64,000 nucleotides of DNA from Perna viridis (lineage: Eukaryota): NCBI GenBank assembly GCA_037379345.1, contig CM074517.1:36084001-36148000 (forward strand), given 5' to 3'. A program made the translations under genes and the position numbers. Position 1 is the first letter of the stretch; every line of letters starts with the position of its first letter. Positions 14,897-27,572 of this stretch are shown here, one piece after another. Under the pieces are notes generated by a model. It was not told the DNA's origin, did no database searches, and saw only the letters and a program-made list of their open reading frames with translations.

Positions 14897-15901
14897 ATAA
14901 AATTATTTTACAGCCGATAAAGACGACCTGGACACGACATTTCTGTATTTTACTTTCAAGCTTCAATTGTTTTTTTTTATTTGTTGTTTGTTTATTATTT
15001 CTTTATATTTCCAAGTGAGTGCTTCTGATAGTATCTATGAGACAGCAGTTCAAGCAGAATTTAGTACTGTAGGACAGTGGCGTAGCTAAAATGTATTACA
15101 AGAAGCCAGGGTTTCACATATCTTGTAATAGAAACAAATATCGTGCAATAGAAACCAACCAAAATAAATCCATTCCCTTTTCTGTGCTACGGAAGGCTTC
15201 TATTCAACCATTTGCTATATGGTACAATACTTTCTCTATATTATTTACTTAGTAAGACTTTAGCAAGTAAGTGTACTCATAGGAATAATGCATGCATACC
15301 AATAAGATGATGTAGCTAAGAAGACCAAGTGATATATCCAGTAGCCAGTATAATAAATTAGTTCTTATGTTCTTTTAAATAATTCTTGAAATATTTTCAG
15401 ACATTGCTTTAGTACCGATCAAGAGGTGCGAACATTTTGATTGCAAAGAACTAACATAAACTGACCGATACCAAAGATAAATACACGTAACTATGGTGAT
15501 ATTTCAAAATCCCCTGTCTATTTCCTCCCCGGAAAAAAAGAAAAATTAACAAAAAAAAGAAAAAAATGTGGCCGACAGCCTTGCGACAAATATTACCTAT
15601 TTCCCTATTACTAAATGGTACTTAGGAACATTTTATATCGTTTCCTTTTGACTTAGTGATATGGGACTAAACCCGCCTCATAAAACTGTAACTCAGATAC
15701 AATTAATATAGACTTATTTCATGTAATTGGAATCTAGATTGTCTGATATACTTAAATTGCATAAATCTTACTTGCATCTTGACATTCAAGCGTAAGGACA
15801 AAAAAGGCATTATAGATATTAATTTTGTGAATCACCTTTCTTTTATATTTGAACACTTGCCAAATGTTTTTATTAATTCTCATGAATGGAATTATCTTAA
15901 A

Positions 15902-16368
15902 GGTTACAGACCACCAATTCAACCAATGAGCACTTGGAACGTACGCAAAAATAGTCCTACGCAGAAATTACCCCTGTTCCTCATAGTGCTGTGAAAAAAG
16001 TTCTCATCTTATTTTAAAAATTTAAACAGTTTCTGAAAGGAAAAACATTTCTGTACATTTTATAGGTGCATTTGGCTTCTTGTGATGTGAAGCCTAATCT
16101 CTAAAATGATTTTTAAATATACCCCTATCTTGTGAAAACACTGGGATTTCCCATGCTATTTATAGACCCTTCACTTCCGGTGACCAGTACTGCACTGCAA
16201 GTCTGCTAACCCCACATGCCATTCTGAGGATTGTGAGCTGACATATGTAGAATCATGCTGATATATAGTCATCTGCAGGTTAAAGTTAAGGTAAAGTCCA
16301 GAGAAGCCATTGAATATTGTGAAATTAGCATAGAAGCCTATGGGAAGTGGAATTAGTGGTTTTTAGCC
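15902..16368. mobile_element. 467-bp non-autonomous DNA transposon (MITE), copy 1, 4-bp TSD TAAA
   Basis: Imperfect TIRs GGTTACAGACCACCAATTCAAC / GTGGAATTAGTGGTTTTTAGCC; TAAA on both sides; near-identical copy at 26250-26716. Confidence 0.9.
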
Positions 16369-18899
16369 TAAAGTGCTCATACGTTTCCGTGAATAAAAAT
16401 GCCCTTTTTTCAACGTTAAGACCTGCTTTCGACCTTTTCAACTTCTGAGCTCGGGAAGGCCATATGTGGATTCTGAATTTCTAAGATATACTTCTTTGTT
16501 ACGAGGCACTTGTCTGTATAGCTGATGCGGCAGTTTTATTGTTGTGTGCATATCAAATAAGTATTTTTTCATAATTGTGAAATTGTAAGATATCAAAGGT
16601 ATCCTTGATGGTGCTTTTCTACTTTATTTTACTATCTCTTAATTGTTGAGTCTGTTGAGTTTCCCTGAGAACATGTCAAGTTATTATCTGATTTAAGGTT
16701 ATTTTTGGAAATGTCACGTGTTTTATAAGGCTTCTTATGGCTTATTTGTTGCTCAAAGCATTCTTAAGCGACGTATATTGAAGAAACCTTATCAAACTGC
16801 TGTCTCAGCAATTTGTAGATTTCCGGAAGCATTAATGCCATAAATACCTCGATTTATTTAATTATCAGTTGTATTAGCTTGGAAGTAAATTTACAACTAT
16901 CGTTTATTATTTGGAAGTTTTCTCACTTTCGGAATAGTAATGTCACATTGTCGCGAAAATTATTTACTTTATCATTTTGTAACGTGATTTTCGATCCATA
17001 CGTACCTTTTTTATTCATTAGTCAATCATTGCATCAATTAATGTGAAATATTAACAAAAAGACAGGTTTCGGTATAGGATATAATTGATGAGCAATGTGG
17101 TAAAATCGGAGTGCGCTTACAAATCAAAAGCTTATTCCTTGCAACAATACATTCTATGAAATCATTAGTGTACCCGTAAGCAATCAAGACTGTCATCAAC
17201 ATATTACCGTGGAACTATTATTAAAACGTTTTCTTATTTCCTATACTAGGACGCATGTACATAATTGTGCACCCTGGTATGGAATTAGAAGTTCTTATGG
17301 CCTCTTTCATACATTGTGGACATATTTTTTTTACTCCCGCAAGCTCTCAACAACGGAATACCCACTTGTAACTCGCTAAGTCAGACGTCCGAAGACGGGT
17401 CGTTGTTCCGGAGCTTGTGTGGACATGACATACCAAACTCGTCAGGTTTTCTTTTCTGGAAAGAGGTAGCATCTGGGTTTGTTGCTTTCTGTATGCTTTT
17501 TTGTGTTAATTGTTTGTTGAGTTAATCTCCGTTTTCTTTGTTTTAAAATTCTCTTGGTTTCAATTTCAAATTACAACACAAACATCAGAGACACATAGAA
17601 AAACAAAATATTAAACAATGAAACATTAAAAACTTAACAAAAACTCCATAATGAACAGGTGCAACATATTAAGCAAAAATACAACAAACATTGTTGACTT
17701 AGGGTTAAGCACACCCTTTCAGCCTGTGAGACCATGCGCATACAACGTAAGAGGTTGGATAAAACACTAGTCAAAATCATAGCTTGCCAGACAACCAGCA
17801 GCGAGACCTATTTACTTATAAGGAAGGCAAAATCTTGATTTATTTCACGCGGTGAACAACATAAATAAAATGGCTACGACGACCTTTGACGCAGTCAATC
17901 TGATCTGGGACGTTACCGAAAAATGCATGTCAACAGCTTACCAAATAACTGAATAAATTTGCATTAAATGCAAATGTTTTTTACTGCAGAAAGCTATGTA
18001 GAATTACAGGTAATTCTAAAAAAAGATGTTACCTGTTCATAGCCTAATGCAACACAAAAACCTCGTTTTTTTTACATTGATTCATTTTAAATTATAGTTA
18101 CATTATAATTGGTATCATTTGTCAAACAAGTTTTTTAGTATTTATTTGTACAAGTGGAAGAGCTCTACCGACTAGATATATGTTTTATTTGACCTATTTG
18201 AAGCTGCCTAATCGGCATTTCTTTTTTGAGAACTTGAGGTATTTTGGATTTAATAAGTAATGCATGATTCGACAGGATGATTATTAACAGTGACAAGGTG
18301 CATTTAGATTTATTTCTCCTATATGTCGTATCAGGTATATATGTCTTTTATATGGTCCGTCTGATTTTCACAAAGATTTCCTACCGTGCATTGAAATGAT
18401 CGATTTGGTAACTGAGCCAACATCTTCATCCTTGCGAGGTTAACTTATTTACTTGCACCATCAGCAAAATAATTATTTAACATAATTTCAAGTTTATCAA
18501 TTTTAATGGGTTTTGATTTGGGAAAAACACCTTAATTAGACATGTGCTTAAAATACCTAGTTGGGTAATTATAACAGTATTTGTACAGTACAAAGTTTAA
18601 AATATCTACAAAAGTAGAGAAAACATACCTGTAAATCGACTTGAAATACGTTCAGTCAACGAAATTGTGCACGTGTATCGACCTTATATATTATTCAATA
18701 TACATTGTAATTATATGTTTATCATGGAGGCGAGTGAAAAAAAAAAGCAGACAGTTTCCCTGTTGTCAGAGTAGCTCAATGACTACACTTGTGTCTCAAA
18801 TTGATTACTGATTTGGATTTTAATTACATGATTTAGCTATTCAACTTTTGAGATAAAGACGGAAAGATGTCTCAATGTTATTAATTATTATTTTTTTTA

Positions 18900-18980
18900 T
18901 CTTGTTTTGTCTTGTTTTGTTTTTGTTTTGTTTTTGTTTTTGTTGTTTTGTTTTGTTAGTTTGGTTTTTGTTATTGTTTC
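18900..18980. repeat. (TTTTG)n-like low-complexity microsatellite
   Basis: Run of TTTTG/TTTTTG units. Confidence 0.8.
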
Positions 18981-21337
18981 ATTTAGTAGATTTCGCGTTT
19001 TCAGGCAGCTGGATCTCGTGACTGAAACTTTTAAGATATTAAAAAGAGATGAAATAAATTCTTCAAATGTTATTACTTCACCTGTTTCGATATGAATATC
19101 AAATTTTTAATTTTGCAATTGCCGATGCGGGGTTATTCAAATAACTACAAACATAAATTTATGTACATAAATTTTGGCATCTTTTAAGAAGATACGGATG
19201 AATACCAGCATATACAGTTCTTATTATTTCTAAAACGTAGGTGTCATCTTATTTTGTACAATTGATAAGACCTATTCAAATGTAGTTAGAATGTGTGGGT
19301 ATGAGTATTGAACTATAGATTACTAGTGCAAACCTGATCATACGTTGTTGACCAAACTGATGTAAAACCCTAGTTAGTACAGGGTAACTTAAACATTTGG
19401 GGGTGGTTGCTCATAATCATCATCTCCACTTGTCAAAAGATTTTACTGAAAATTCTTTTAACATGCTTTCGTCGGGCAGGACTGTTTACCAACTATCAAA
19501 TTTCTGCAAATCTAAGCTAAGCAACATCAATTTTGCATTCATATACATGCAGGTTACCGAAAAGGGTGCGAAGAAATGCAAGGGCATACTAGATATTTGT
19601 ACTACGCACCCAAAAATCAATTGTAATAAGTTTCATCTAGATGGGTTTTGTCAAATAAAATAATCATCTTTAACTGACTGGTTTCGTGACTACGTGTGCT
19701 ATTAATTGTAAGTTTCTTTGGAACAACTCGTCACATTTGTCTGGCAAGAGACTTTTTACTATATATACCTGAAGTCTTTTTTTTGTACTTTCGTTATGTT
19801 CGTCTTTTACTTTTTTGCACGCAAACAGAATGCACAAGAAACGAAGAGAAAACTTCTGTTGGTTACATCGTGTTCTTTGGTACTAACTAACCCGTCGCCT
19901 AACTGATTGGGTCATTAAAAATATAAAAACGCAATTTTTTTTCAAATGTGCAGCATTTCTGTTATTCAAATGATTTTAATATCAGAAGACTTACTTTTGA
20001 AATAGTAAATAAAAACGTTTTTCGTAAGAATATCATCGACATCGAAATATTGACACTAAAATGGGAAGGTAAAACCTATTGCTTCTGAAAGCCGAAGACT
20101 CAATACTGAAAAAAGTAAAAGCTTAAAGTTAATAAGGCCTTAAGGAACACTTTCGTACACAAACAAAATCATCCTGGTCATTGTACTGTAGAGATGCGGA
20201 AGGTACACGTACATGACTTGATGGACGTAGATATAACATAATTCTTTAACATAATATGTCCCGAGTGAAAGCAAATATTGTCTTAATGTTAAAGTCTAGG
20301 GGTGGATGCAAAGAGGTTCTTCCGTCTAGTGTTATTGTTAAGAAAATTATATAAAGAAAAAGATTAGAGAGTTCTTTATTACTAAATAAACCTTTGGCAT
20401 TTTGTAAAGAAAAGGTTTAAATCGTTAAATACAAAAATCTTTGTTATTTCTAACCTCAGATTTTCCAAACAATTTGACCACATACTGGTTAAAGTATATG
20501 TACATGTAGTTATTTTCAGTAAAGCTTTTCATTATTCATTGACCTTGGTCGAGGATTAAATAAATTAATAACGGCCATGAATAAGTCAGTTCAATGTCAA
20601 AAAGGATTTTTTTTTATGTTCTAGTGTCAACCTAGTGACACTAGTGCACGAGTCCTTTCAACATTAGAGTTGACATAGAGATAGAGAACTTTTCGGGATA
20701 TATGTTTTATATTACATTGTTGATTTTTTTTTTCAAACGCAAATTCTGATAATTGGCTTTAGCTCATACAAAAACAATCAGAATGTCTGAATTTTTCTAT
20801 GTTTGAGTAGTACTTATATTTCGAATAGCTTTTTATTGAAAATGTCCATCTCAGTTCTATATTTGTGTAATTCCAAACTGCTATGTACAGTTTCATTACT
20901 ATAAAACTATACTCGATATTGGCAACAAAAAATACCGAAGCATAAAAATAGAAGAATGATTGGTACCGATTTTGATCAATTAATAGCTGTATGCATTTCT
21001 TGGATCCATTAGGAACCGTTCATTTCATTTCACCTTTCGGATGCATTCCTCATTTATCAAAAAAGAGAGCTTGACGTATTATTTGCATGGTTCATCTTAC
21101 CAATTAATCAAACGGATTGACTTTTATTAAGATAGTTTCCGTTGTAATATTAGATGACCGGTATACTAGCGGAGCTAAAATCAAGATTTTAGAAAACTAT
21201 TAAATAATCAAATGTTCGATTTTAAAATGAAAATCTAAATACTTATTCGATTATTTTGGCCAGTAATTTAATTTTATACAACACACTATCGATGGCAAAT
21301 TGGTTGTCGTGCAGACTTTTTACGCATTCTTTTTAAA

Positions 21338-23680
21338 TTTAGCTCATCTGGCCAAAGGCCATGTCAGCTATTGCCATCAATTGGCGTCCGTCGTCCTCGT
21401 CGTCCGTCGTCGTCGTTAACAATTTTTCATAAATCTTCTCCTCTGACACCACTTGACCAAAGGGAACCAAACTTAGTATGAATGTTCCTTTGGGCATCCT
21501 GCATAGAACTGATATGGGGATTTTTTATCTGTTGAAAAACATGGTCGCCGTTATATACTCAAATTAGAACATAGGGGTCAGACAGTAGTTTCTCCCATAT
21601 ATCTCCAAAACCGTTAGGTTTAGCTAAATTCTGACAGGGGTAAAAGTGTTCAGTATGATGAGATCTATCTGTTTTCAAATTTTCCGTTTTAATCCGTTTA
21701 GCATTGTTGGAGTTAATGCCATTTTTACACGTTCTTTGCTATTTTTAATGTTAATTCTTTCAAAAATCTTCTCCTCTGACGCTACTAGACCAATTGAAAC
21801 CAAACTTGGTGTGAATGTTCTTTGGGATATCCTGCATAGAACTGATATGGAGATTTTTGATTCATCGTAAAACATGGCCACCATTACTAAAAATAGAACA
21901 TCGTGGTCAGACAGTAGTTTTTGGCATATATCTTCAAAACCGTTAGGTTTAGCCGAATAAATCGAAGTTAAAAGTTTTGAAATAGGTTTGGTGGTACATT
22001 TTGCAGAACTAGCTATGAAAAGTTGTTTGTATGGATTCTTGTGAAGTTTAGGAATCCAGTACATAGACGGTAAATCACAATCATCGTCTTTGGTAGAGAG
22101 ATCAAACGAGGATAGCACAGATTTATGGTTTTCTACGATCTCTCCTTTGGAGAGAGTGGTAGCAGTGTAGGTCTTATCACTACTATTATTTTCTACGTCT
22201 ACCTCTGATAATAAACATTGGATATAAAACGTTTTGCAGACAAAAACAATGTTGTTTTGGGCTTTGTCTGCTGGTACGACAACATATTTGTCATGTATAG
22301 TAGACAATGTTTTTGCTACATCAGGGTCGTCCTTGAAACTGATGTAGCATTGGCACTCATTGACCTACTTAAAACTTTCATTCGTTTCAACTCACGGCCT
22401 TTAACCACTCTGACAGAGAATCAATGTCTTCTTGTTCTCGTTTTATCCATTTTCTTGCATAGTCCTCGACGGCATCCATAAGAACTTTAAAGTTATAATT
22501 CCAATTTATGGAGCGTGGTTCACGGTACTTGGGACCTTTAGAAAGGATATTACGCAGAGATTCGTTTTCGATAATGGTTAAATCTCCCGTAACGACATGA
22601 CCAGAAGGACCATATTTGAATGGAGAGCTTTTGTAAGAACAGTCGGGTGGTTTAGCCTTGAAGTCCTCAATCTCGAGGTCCTGCAATGGCCTTTTATAAT
22701 TGAAAATTTTGGATGCGATGGGTGAAGTATAGGAATATGAAATAATTGGTATGGATTTGTCTTTGAAATATGGGAGAATTTTGTTGGTGATGATGTTGAT
22801 GGAGTATGTTAGCCAAATTAATTGCATTTATACCCTTGTTGACAAACGGTAGTGGAAGAAATGATCGTTTTTCTTCATCTTGACTTTTCACACAAACTGG
22901 TTTAAAGAGTCTGTGGAAACCAATATCCAAAATGATGGCAACAAGTCTGTATAATGATGAGGTGGGGTCAGAAACAGGAGTGTCAAGACTTGTTTTGTAA
23001 AGGGAGTGTAGTAGAGTGAGAGGTATAGAATAAAGTTTGGTTCTAATGTGATGAAGTCCAAGAGGATGAGATCTATTTGAGGTCAAATTTTTGTTTTATC
23101 TGTTAAGCCATGTTGGAGTTATTGCCTTTTTTCGGCGTTTTATGCTGCTTTTAATATTATTTCTGTCAAAAACCTTCTCCTGTGACACTACTTGACCAAT
23201 TGGAATCAAACTTGGTATGAATGTTCCTTTGGGTATCCTTCATAGAAATGATGTGGGAATTTTTGATCTTTTGAAAAACATGGCTGCAGTTACTAAAAAT
23301 AGAACATATAGGAGTCTTACAGTAGTTTTTCGCATATTTCTCCAAAACCGTTAGGTTAAGCCAAACTCTATCAATTGCTAGAATGACCCTTATCATAATG
23401 CCTTCAAAAGTTTTCGGGGATCGAATTTGTCAGGCGTCTCTTTGGAAGAGTTATTGCCCCTGAAAGATGAAAAAATGACGTTTGTTTATGGTTTTTCAGC
23501 CAATACCTTGAAAACTATAATAGATAGAAAGAAACTTTCAATTTCTGAAATAATCCTTATGATAAGTCCTACCTAAGTCTCCTTGAGTCTAAATTGTTGG
23601 ACAACACCTTGTTAAATTTATTGCACTTGAAAGACAAACTTTAACTAGGTGAGCGATTCAGGCTCCTGTGGACCTCTTGG
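21338..23680 (+). mobile_element. Helentron-associated non-autonomous element (HINE/DINE-1-like) interrupted by a Penelope-like fragment
   Basis: 5' TTTAGCTCATCTGG sub-TIR with short hairpin, (CGT)n microsatellite, ~330-bp internal units (AAATCTTCTCCTCTGA at ~21431, ~21765, ~23170), 3' CTAGGTGAGCG sub-TIR plus hairpin, T-rich flanks. This is the architecture described for Helentron-derived elements. Confidence 0.8.
21955..23068 (-). pseudogene. Internal fragment of a Penelope-like retroelement ORF (region N-terminal to and including the first RT motifs; possibly Naiad clade), two frameshifts
   Basis: Three overlapping minus-strand ORFs give GHVVTGDL, KGPKYREP, VVVPADKAQNNIVFVCK and YWIPKLHKNPYKQLFIASSAKCTTKPISKLLTSI, motifs typical of Penelope-like RTs. 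The catalytic RT core and endonuclease are absent. Confidence 0.8.
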
Positions 23681-24514
23681 TTTTTTTTATATCGAACTTG
23701 CTAAAGGTGAAAATCAATATTCGGTGACAGTAAATCATAAGAGCTAAGCCAGAATAGGAGAACCATCGTTAGAACAATTTTACCCATCATCCATTTTGAC
23801 GACATTGGTTGTTCATGAATGCATCTTTGTTTTTACTGAACTGCTTAAACATGCAAGCCAAGAAAATCTAACTCGCCATATTTTTAAGCACTTTATTAAC
23901 TTGTATACTAGATATAAAATCGATGATTTTTTTCTTGCCAACTTGGTTTTTGATTATTTTTGAATCGGATGAAAAGAATATGTGTAATGTCCTAATTCTT
24001 ATGTCTAGCAACGTATATACCATCAAGAAAAAAAATCAATAATTGAAACCAATTGAAATTACATGCTTTTTCATCTTTATGCTACACGTGCATGCCAAAT
24101 GGGTGTCATTGGCGAAATAGTTGTTTGTTTGTTTTACGTTTCCCTGTCCATTGTTTTTAGAACTGTAAGCGGGTTATCTTGGCTCCTTCTGAGGACTTCA
24201 AAGCCTGTTATTGGTAGCATGTCTATTAAAAATGTTCTTCAAGTCGTTAAGAAATAAAAGGAAAGGTCGAGGTTAAGCTCCAGCACGGAAATGTTAAATT
24301 GTATTATCAGATAAGGACTACTTAATCAGCCGCTCCTTGACAAAAAAAATGTGGACCAACATTTAACCTTGAAAAAAAAAACCCAATATAATCTAAATGC
24401 ACAAATCTCCAAGCTTAGTTGGTGACTTTAACACCCAAAATAAAAACATAAGAACTCGAATCGGAAGATTAAGCTAATCTTAATAAATACTTAGATATCG
24501 TATGCATATAGCTG

Positions 24515-25230
24515 TATTAGAATCTGTGTACCCAATGCCTTTTAAGGACAGAAATATATGAATTTATATCATATATCAAAATTATAATATATTTTTGTAA
24601 AATAATTTGATATGATGTTTTAAACGCAATTTCGTTTACCCTATATCGTAAACCCTTTATCACACCCTAGACCTATATTGCATACCGTATATCAACCCCC
24701 TATATATATATCACAACCATACTCGGAACGCACTTGAAGAATATTTAAAACATATGATATAATAAACTTGACATGCAATCTGTATCCAAGGGCCGATATA
24801 GGAGTCACGGTTTGATACGGCATGTGACAAGATTTTGGCATATAATATTCAAAACATAGCGATTTGATATATTTAGATTAAAATATACCTTTTTTGTTTA
24901 TGCATTGTAAATGTTTGTTTAAATCCCATAACGTTCACCCTATATCGCATACCCTATATCATATCCGTAGACCTATATCGCATACCCTACATGTATATCG
25001 CACCCCTTCACGGACCATACTCGAACTATATCTAAAATATATAATATGATGAACATGACATGTAAAAATACAAACTGCATACTACATGTCATTACAAGAT
25101 CTGTATCACGTGATTTCAACGGGCCCTCGGACAATATCATCTCGCGGGTCGGTGACCCTTGGGGTGATATATATAGGAGTCTTGGGTTGATACCGCATGT
25201 GATACAGATTTTGACCCGTAATATACAGTA
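24515..25230. repeat. Internally duplicated interspersed repeat with CCCTATATCGCATA units and an inverted ATCTGTATCAC(A/G)TG pair
   Basis: Blocks at ~24640-24850 and ~24935-25225 are similar; inverted motif at ~25099-25112 and ~25196-25209. Class unknown. Confidence 0.5.
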
Positions 25231-26185
25231 TGTATCTCCGATTCCGGATTTACTGTAAATGTGTTAATTTTCGAAGTGACAAATAATCGCAAAAGAAATT
25301 ACACTATGAAACGCATACCATTTTTTTAAGATTGACACTCTCGGATATGCTCACTTGACAGATTCCGCAAAAAATTAATCCGTTTACATTATCCAGATCA
25401 CAATCTAGTAAATGGTTACTAGACGAGTTCGCATCTCCTATACAGGGGTTATTCAGATCACATCCTAGTTTGGGCTTGGGTATACGAGTTTGTTTTCCTA
25501 ATACCGGGTTTGTATAGAGCAGAAATTTACACTTAAACGAACCATTTGAAGGTCATTACAGTATGTATCACTGTTTCTACCATACGTAGAGCTGAGTGGG
25601 CGCTTTCCACACTAAAAGATCATTTGTACCAGAATCAAAAGATTCTTAACAAAGAATTATTTTGCAGTCAGTGAGCTGCGAAAAATCATGTAACCACAGT
25701 ATCTTATCAAATTTAAAGTCCTATTTATTATAAACACCCGGATTCAGTCTTCTGGAATATGTTCGGTCTAATTAACAAAAAGACTTCTAAACTAGTCTTA
25801 AAAACATTGTGATAGTCTATGGCTATATACATATAAAGACGCCCACGTAAAAACACGCGACTGGGAAAATAACGCGTTTTCTTCCATTGAATTACCGGTT
25901 CAAGCAAGCTCATTTCTAACTTCAAGGGCACCTCACTAAGTATAGACCAGGGGTATTTTTCTTAAAAAAAATAAATAATTACTACTTGCATCAGGAAAAA
26001 AACTTTTTACCGAATTGCTTTACTATGTAGACTATTCTGCAGTCTGTCGACTTATGTTCCATCTTTGCGGCATCGTGATGTTTATGAGTACTATGAACCT
26101 TTGCATTATGTTTTATTAAGTTTAATGTTTGATGCATGTTGCTTATTCTTCTTGATGATATTGTTTAAAATTATTCAAAAAGGTA

Positions 26186-26855
26186 CAGTGAAACCTGTTT
26201 AGCAAAACCGATCTCTGAAAAAAAAACCCGAAAACCTGTCTTATCTAGAGGTTACAGACCACCAATTCAACCAATGAGCATTTGGAACGTAGGCAAAAAT
26301 AGTCCTACGCAGAAATTACCCCTGTTCCTCATAGTGCTGTGAAAAAAGTTCTCATCTTATTTTAAAAATTTAAACAGTTTCTGAAAGGAAAAACATTTCT
26401 GTACATTTTATAGGTGCATTTTGCTTCTTGTGATGTGAAGCCTAATCTCCATAATGATTTTTAAATATACCCCTATCTTGTGAAAACACTGGGATTTCCC
26501 ATGCTATTTATAGACCCTTCACTTCCGGTGACCAGTACTGCACTGCAAGTCTGCTAACCCCACATGCCATTCTGAGGATTGTGAGCTGACATATGTAGAA
26601 TCATGCTGATATATAGTCATCTGCAGGTTAAAGTTAAGGTAAAGTCCAGAGAAGCCATTGAATATTGTGAAATTAGCATAGAAGCCTATGGGAAGTGGAA
26701 TTAGTGGTTTTTAGCCTAGATACTATTTAAATGTCACTTTATATCAATTTTTATATATTTTAATCTTGATTTACCTAGCACCTGTCTTAGCCGAACCAAT
26801 TTTAAAGTTACTGTTACATTCTAGTGCGCCAACCTACAGGAGTTTTATTTTGCAG
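26186..26855. mobile_element. Older pogo/Tigger-like MITE remnant into which MITE copy 2 is nested
   Basis: Begins TA|CAGTGAAACCTGT; internal ACCTGTCTTA repeats occur on both sides of the nested element; right end degenerate. Confidence 0.4.
26250..26716. mobile_element. 467-bp non-autonomous DNA transposon (MITE), copy 2, 4-bp TSD TAGA
   Basis: Same length and TIRs as 15902-16368 with about five substitutions by eye; TAGA at 26246-26249 and 26717-26720. Confidence 0.9.
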
Positions 26856-27333
26856 TATTTGGAAGGATCATTTTCAGTTTTCAGTCGTTTAAAGTGCTTT
26901 GAAATAAAAATAACTTACTTGAGATTAATACTTAAAAAAAACACCTAATGTGTTAGTGTATGCCTGACAAACTCAATTGTTAAGGTAATGCTATACTATC
27001 AAATAGTCAGAAGGTTACATTATTTATGCAATTTATAACATTACTCATGACAGTACATTATATACTCCAGCAGATTGTACTAGTGCGTGGGAAGTTACAT
27101 GTATATCGAGTACAAGTCTCTTTGATTTAAATGAAAAAATATCAATCTATTATCATAAATATTCGATATGTTGTACACGTGTTTCAAAGATTAATCTCTG
27201 ATCAGCAGCATTAGAATTAGATATATAGGAAGATATAAATCCAAAAGTTAAATGTGTACAAGAAGTACTCAGAACCAAAACTATTGAAATAGGAAGCCAA
27301 ATCCATCATTGAGAGGTTCTACCATATGCAATT

Positions 27334-27572
27334 CAGAGGCGGATCCAGGATTTTAGATCGGGGGGGGGGGGGTGCACAGTAAAAAATATTTAGGTTAAAT
27401 TTTGAAATATTCTTCTACAGTGGGTGAAATGTGGATATCTTTAGTGGTAAAATTAGCGAGAAATTAAAGTTTCAAACTAAAAGCGCCAAAATTCTACCCC
27501 TGACAACCCATGTTTTGCAAATTTTAGGGGGGGGGGCGCACGCCCGCCACGTCCCGCATGAATCCGCCCCTG
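27334..27572. mobile_element. MITE, TIR CAG(A/G)GGCGGAT(C/T)CA, 5-bp TSD CAATT
   Basis: CAGAGGCGGATCCA ... TGAATCCGCCCCTG with internal G-runs; CAATT at 27329-27333 and 27573-27577. Confidence 0.85.

Noticed and set aside
21675-21954. C-terminal part of the 210-aa minus-strand ORF
   Set aside because: Chance read-through from the Penelope-like fragment into host HINE sequence; RT similarity stops at ~21955.
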